Source: Actinomycetota bacterium
GTDB lineage: Bacteria; Actinomycetota; Acidimicrobiia; Acidimicrobiales; VFJN01
Assembly: GCA_009886035.1 (NCBI GenBank)
Contig: VFJN01000053.1
Location: 3,251-67,250, forward strand
Length of the DNA: 64,000 nucleotides
Reading direction: 5' to 3'
The notes below the pieces were generated by a model. That model was not told the DNA's origin. It ran no database searches and saw only the letters and a program-made list of their open reading frames with translations. Within the stretch, counting starts at the first letter, position 1. Every line of letters starts with the position of its first letter. The translations under genes were made by a program, and so were the position numbers. Positions 61,104 through 64,000 of this stretch are shown here, in pieces.

Positions 61104-62051
61104 GTGCCTACCCCCGCCCGAACTGACGTATCGGGGCGGCGGCCCGTGATGGGGCTGGTGGGGGCCTCCACCGCGGTGGTTGTGTGGGGGGTGTCGTCGG
61201 TGCTCATCAAGGGCGTGGAGGGCCTGAGCGGTCTGGGGTTGGCGTGCTACCGGATTTGGTTGGGGGCGGCGATCATCACCGTGGTGTTCTTGGCGTCCGG
61301 CGGACGGTTGTCGATCTGGCTCCTTCGACGGTCCCTGTTCGGCGGGCTCGCCTTTGCCGCCGATCTCGTGTTGTTCTTCGTGGCGCTCCAAAAAACCAGT
61401 GTGGCCAACGCCACGGTGATCGGGGCGCTCCAGCCGTTGTTGTTGCTGCTGGTGGCGGGCCCGATGTTCGGCGAGCGACCCCGTCTGGTGGAGGTGGGGT
61501 GGGGGGCCGTGGCGGTGGCGGGCACCGCATTGGTGGTGGTCGGCGGCGATGGCGGGGGTGCCAACAGTCTGGCGGGCGATCTGCTGGCGGTGGGTGCCCT
61601 GGTGGCCTGGACGGCTTACTTCATCTTTTCCAAGTCCGCTCGTCAGGAGCTGAGCGCCCTCGAATACCTCACCGGTATGGCGATCGTGGCGGCGGTGGCG
61701 GTGGTGCCCCTGCCGTTGTTCTTCGAAGGCACCCTGGGCGTGACCGATGCCAACGGTTGGCTCACTGTTTTTTACATCACGGTGATCAACGGACTGCTGG
61801 GCCATTACCTCATGGTGGCGGCCCACGGGCACGTGTCGTTGCTCATGTTGTCGCTGCTCACGCTGGGCATCCCCGTGCTGGCGGCCGCCGCCGCCGCTCT
61901 TTGGATCGATGAGCCGCTCAGCGTGCCCCAACTGGCGGGGATGGCGGTGGTTCTTTCGGCCTTGGGGGTGGTGAGCGTCAGAACGGCCCGCCAGCGTCCC
62001 GACATTGCCGAAGCCGACCTGGAGGCGATACAGGCCGCCCCCTATCCCTGA
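61104..62051 (+). CDS. EamA/DMT-superfamily transporter
   Basis: 315 aa from a GTG start, 9 nt after the copA stop. About 10 hydrophobic helices in two repeated halves. VVWGVSSVLIKG is typical of EamA. Confidence 0.85.
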   Translation: MPTPARTDVSGRRPVMGLVGASTAVVVWGVSSVLIKGVEGLSGLGLACYRIWLGAAIITVVFLASGGRLSIWLLRRSLFGGLAFAADLVLFFVALQKTSVANATVIGALQPLLLLLVAGPMFGERPRLVEVGWGAVAVAGTALVVVGGDGGGANSLAGDLLAVGALVAWTAYFIFSKSARQELSALEYLTGMAIVAAVAVVPLPLFFEGTLGVTDANGWLTVFYITVINGLLGHYLMVAAHGHVSLLMLSLLTLGIPVLAAAAAALWIDEPLSVPQLAGMAVVLSALGVVSVRTARQRPDIAEADLEAIQAAPYP

Positions 62052-62074
62052 GACTCGCCGTAGGGTGTCGCCCC

Positions 62075-62536
62075 ATGGACCTCCCCGTGATGCTGCGTGA
62101 GTCGTTGGAACTGCAGATCCTCGACCAGGACCCTGAGCGCGCCGCCGCCACCATTGGCGAGGGGGTGGCCACCCACGGGGCTGTCGTGGTGGCCAGTGTG
62201 CTGCTCGAGGCCACCGCCGTGGCTCTGCGCCGCATGGTGAGCATCACCGACGAACCCCTCGATCTGGCGGAGCTCGTATCCACGCTGGCGATCGACGGAG
62301 CCATCCCCGATCACCGCATCGAGTTGCTCTCCGAGATCCTCACGGCGGCCGCCGCCACCGCGGGCGGGATCCGCCCGTCGGTCGATGCGCTGCTCACTCG
62401 CCTGGGGGACCAGGATCTTTTGTTCGGGTCGTGGCTGGGTTTGCTCACCGGGCTGCGGGTGGCATCCTTGGCCATCGAGGTCACCGAGTCGGAGATTCTC
62501 GAGGATGTGCTCCTCGCCTTTGAGCTCGACGTGTGA
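62075..62536 (+). CDS. hypothetical acidic, helix-rich protein
   Basis: 153 aa. A hand check of the codons shows consistent GC3 bias. No motif recognised. Confidence 0.55.
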   Translation: MDLPVMLRESLELQILDQDPERAAATIGEGVATHGAVVVASVLLEATAVALRRMVSITDEPLDLAELVSTLAIDGAIPDHRIELLSEILTAAAATAGGIRPSVDALLTRLGDQDLLFGSWLGLLTGLRVASLAIEVTESEILEDVLLAFELDV

Positions 62537-62630
62537 CCGTCGGTCCCTCTCCTTCGACGGTCCGGGTTGGTTGCGCCTAGATTCTGACGGTCCATGAGGC
62601 CATAGATCGATCGAGTGGGGAGATCACCGC

Positions 62631-64000
62631 ATGTCGAATGAGGACCGAACGAGCCTCTGGGCACTTCTGGAGGAGCGGGTGCGGGTCAACCCCGACGGGC
62701 TGGCGGCGGTAGACGAAGACGGGCGCACTCTGACCTGGGCGGAATCGAAACGGGCGGCGGAACGGGCGGCGGCGGGATTCCACGCGTTAGGAATCGGGGC
62801 CGGCGACGTGGTGTCGTGGCAGTTGCCCACCTGGCTGGAGGCCAAGGTTCTCGTGCTGGCGCTGGCTCGGTTGGGAGCCATCCAAAACCCGATGCTGCCG
62901 ATCTACCGGGAGCGCGAGGTTGGGTTCGTCGTGCGGCAAGCCCAGTCCAAGGTTCTCGTTGTCCCGCAGGAGTGGGCGGGCTTCAACTTCGAAGCCATGG
63001 CCACCGACATCGCTGACGCCGTGAAGGCAGAGGGCGGGTCGCTCACCGTGGTGGTGGCCGACAAGGTACTGCCGCAGGGTGATCCCGCCACGTTGCCACC
63101 GCCGCCGGACCCCTCGACAGACCCGGTTCGCTGGTACTTCTACACCTCGGGCACCACGGCGGATCCCAAGGGCGCCCAACACACCGACCGCACGATCCTC
63201 GCCGGCGCCCTCGGCATGAACGAGCGGATGGAGGTGACTGCCGCCGATCGCAACGCCGTGGTATTTCCCTTCACCCACATCGGTGGTATCGGGTGGCTTT
63301 TCAGTGCCCTCGCCGTGGGGTTCCCAACCGTCTACATCGAGCGGTTCGATCCCGCTAAGACCATTGCGCTGATCCAGCAGCACGAGGTGACCATGGCGGG
63401 GGCCGGCACCCCGTTCCACATGGCGTACCTGGCCGCTCAGCGGGCACTACCGGCGGGAGAGCGCCTCTTCCCCAGCGTGCGGGTGTACTGCGGTGGTGGG
63501 GCTCCGAAGCCGCCCCAACTTCACCACGACGTGAAGGCAGAGATGGGTGGGGTCGGGATTGTGTCGGGGTACGGACTTACGGAAGCGCCGATTATCACGA
63601 TGGGCAGTATTCGCGATAGCGACGATCAACTTGCCCACACCGAGGGCCGGGCCGCCGGCACCACCCGGTTGCGACTCGTCCGGCTCGACGGGCACGATGC
63701 CGGTGTGGGCGACGAGGGCGAGATTCGCGCCAAGGCGCCCCAGATGATGCTGGGTTACCTCGATGCCACGCTCGACGCCGAGGCCTTTGACGAGGATGGC
63801 TGGTTCAAGACCGGCGATCTCGGCAAACTCGACGCCGACGGGATGCTCACCATCACGGGCCGGGTCAAAGACGTGATCATTCGGAACATGGAGAACGTCT
63901 CCGCCAAGGAGGTGGAGGACATCCTCTTTGGGCATCCCGCGGTGGCCGACGTGGCGGTGATCGGCATCCCCGACCCGAAGACGGGCGAGCGGGTCTGCGC
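62631..64000 (+). CDS. AMP-dependent acyl-CoA synthetase/ligase, partial (3' end beyond window)
   Basis: Hand translation from ATG 62631, with SD GGGGAG 8 nt upstream, stays open to position 64000: MSNEDRTSLWALLEERVRVNPDG... Motifs YTSGTTADPKG, GYGLTE, GWFKTGD and HPAVADVAVIG. It is not in the ORF track because it runs off the edge. Confidence 0.85.
   Translation, partial: MSNEDRTSLWALLEERVRVNPDGLAAVDEDGRTLTWAESKRAAERAAAGFHALGIGAGDVVSWQLPTWLEAKVLVLALARLGAIQNPMLPIYREREVGFVVRQAQSKVLVVPQEWAGFNFEAMATDIADAVKAEGGSLTVVVADKVLPQGDPATLPPPPDPSTDPVRWYFYTSGTTADPKGAQHTDRTILAGALGMNERMEVTAADRNAVVFPFTHIGGIGWLFSALAVGFPTVYIERFDPAKTIALIQQHEVTMAGAGTPFHMAYLAAQRALPAGERLFPSVRVYCGGGAPKPPQLHHDVKAEMGGVGIVSGYGLTEAPIITMGSIRDSDDQLAHTEGRAAGTTRLRLVRLDGHDAGVGDEGEIRAKAPQMMLGYLDATLDAEAFDEDGWFKTGDLGKLDADGMLTITGRVKDVIIRNMENVSAKEVEDILFGHPAVADVAVIGIPDPKTGERVC

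Noticed and set aside
7587-61931. Many long ORFs antisense to well-supported genes: 7587..8684, 9260..10249, 10357..11838, 12002..12847, 12316..13419, 13895..14893, 23478..24728, 24807..25907, 35190..36509, 38657..39634, 42969..44375, 47769..48719, 58500..60446 and 60951..61931.
   Set aside because: Each lies opposite a gene with clear family motifs. Their translations are Arg/Gly/His/Pro-rich with no recognisable domains. Stop-codon depletion in high-GC DNA produces such ORFs routinely.
1-64000. A search by eye for CRISPR repeats, long tandem or direct repeats, IS ends, transposase/integrase/recombinase genes, toxin-antitoxin pairs, restriction-modification or other defence genes, and rRNA or riboswitch-like leaders.
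   Set aside because: None was found. All sizeable intergenic regions are accounted for above. This was a manual scan, and a computational repeat or covariance-model search (for example Infernal/Rfam or a CRISPR finder) could still reveal small elements that I missed.

Overview
Very GC-rich, GC3-biased chromosomal segment (composition judged by eye, not computed). The gene content (F420-type enzymes, an MshD-like GNAT, a DUF3558-like lipoprotein, many leaderless-looking starts) suggests Actinomycetota; this is a taxonomic guess only. I support about 62 tightly packed protein-coding genes. Two of them are absent from the ORF track because they run off the window edges (complement 1..1118 and 62631..64000). 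I saw no rRNA, tRNA, CRISPR array, IS/transposase, integrase, phage or recognisable defence genes.

Content is dominated by redundant lipid/steroid-type catabolism:
- 4 acyl-CoA ligases, 3 crotonases and 2 SCP2-type thiolases with DUF35/OB-fold partners
- a FadH-like reductase, 3 paralogous amidohydrolase_2 genes and 3 SDRs
- 2 LLM-type enzymes, 1 DDN-type putative F420 enzyme and an aldehyde dehydrogenase

Other modules:
- a TetR-SRPBCC-sulfatase-unknown operon
- a nucleotide-sugar/GT2 envelope operon
- an ABC1 kinase-EEP-LMW phosphatase tricistron
- a PAS-LuxR gene next to a PAS kinase-like gene that lacks the H-box histidine
- a csoR-copZ-copA copper module

Many ORF-track entries are N-terminally over-extended or are antisense shadows, and I trimmed or rejected them.

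Most notable non-coding signals:
- two KstR-type palindromes (TnnAACnnGTTnnA) sitting on leaderless promoters
- a CsoR operator, plus a similar second box elsewhere
- widespread 1-4 nt start/stop overlaps
- TANNNT hexamers 5-7 nt upstream of at least 11 operon-first start codons

I found no unambiguous novel system. The best candidates for follow-up are the kinase-phosphoesterase tricistron, the sulfatase operon with its unknown 429-aa partner, the condensing-enzyme-like/OB-fold fusion without a nucleophile, and the His-less kinase.
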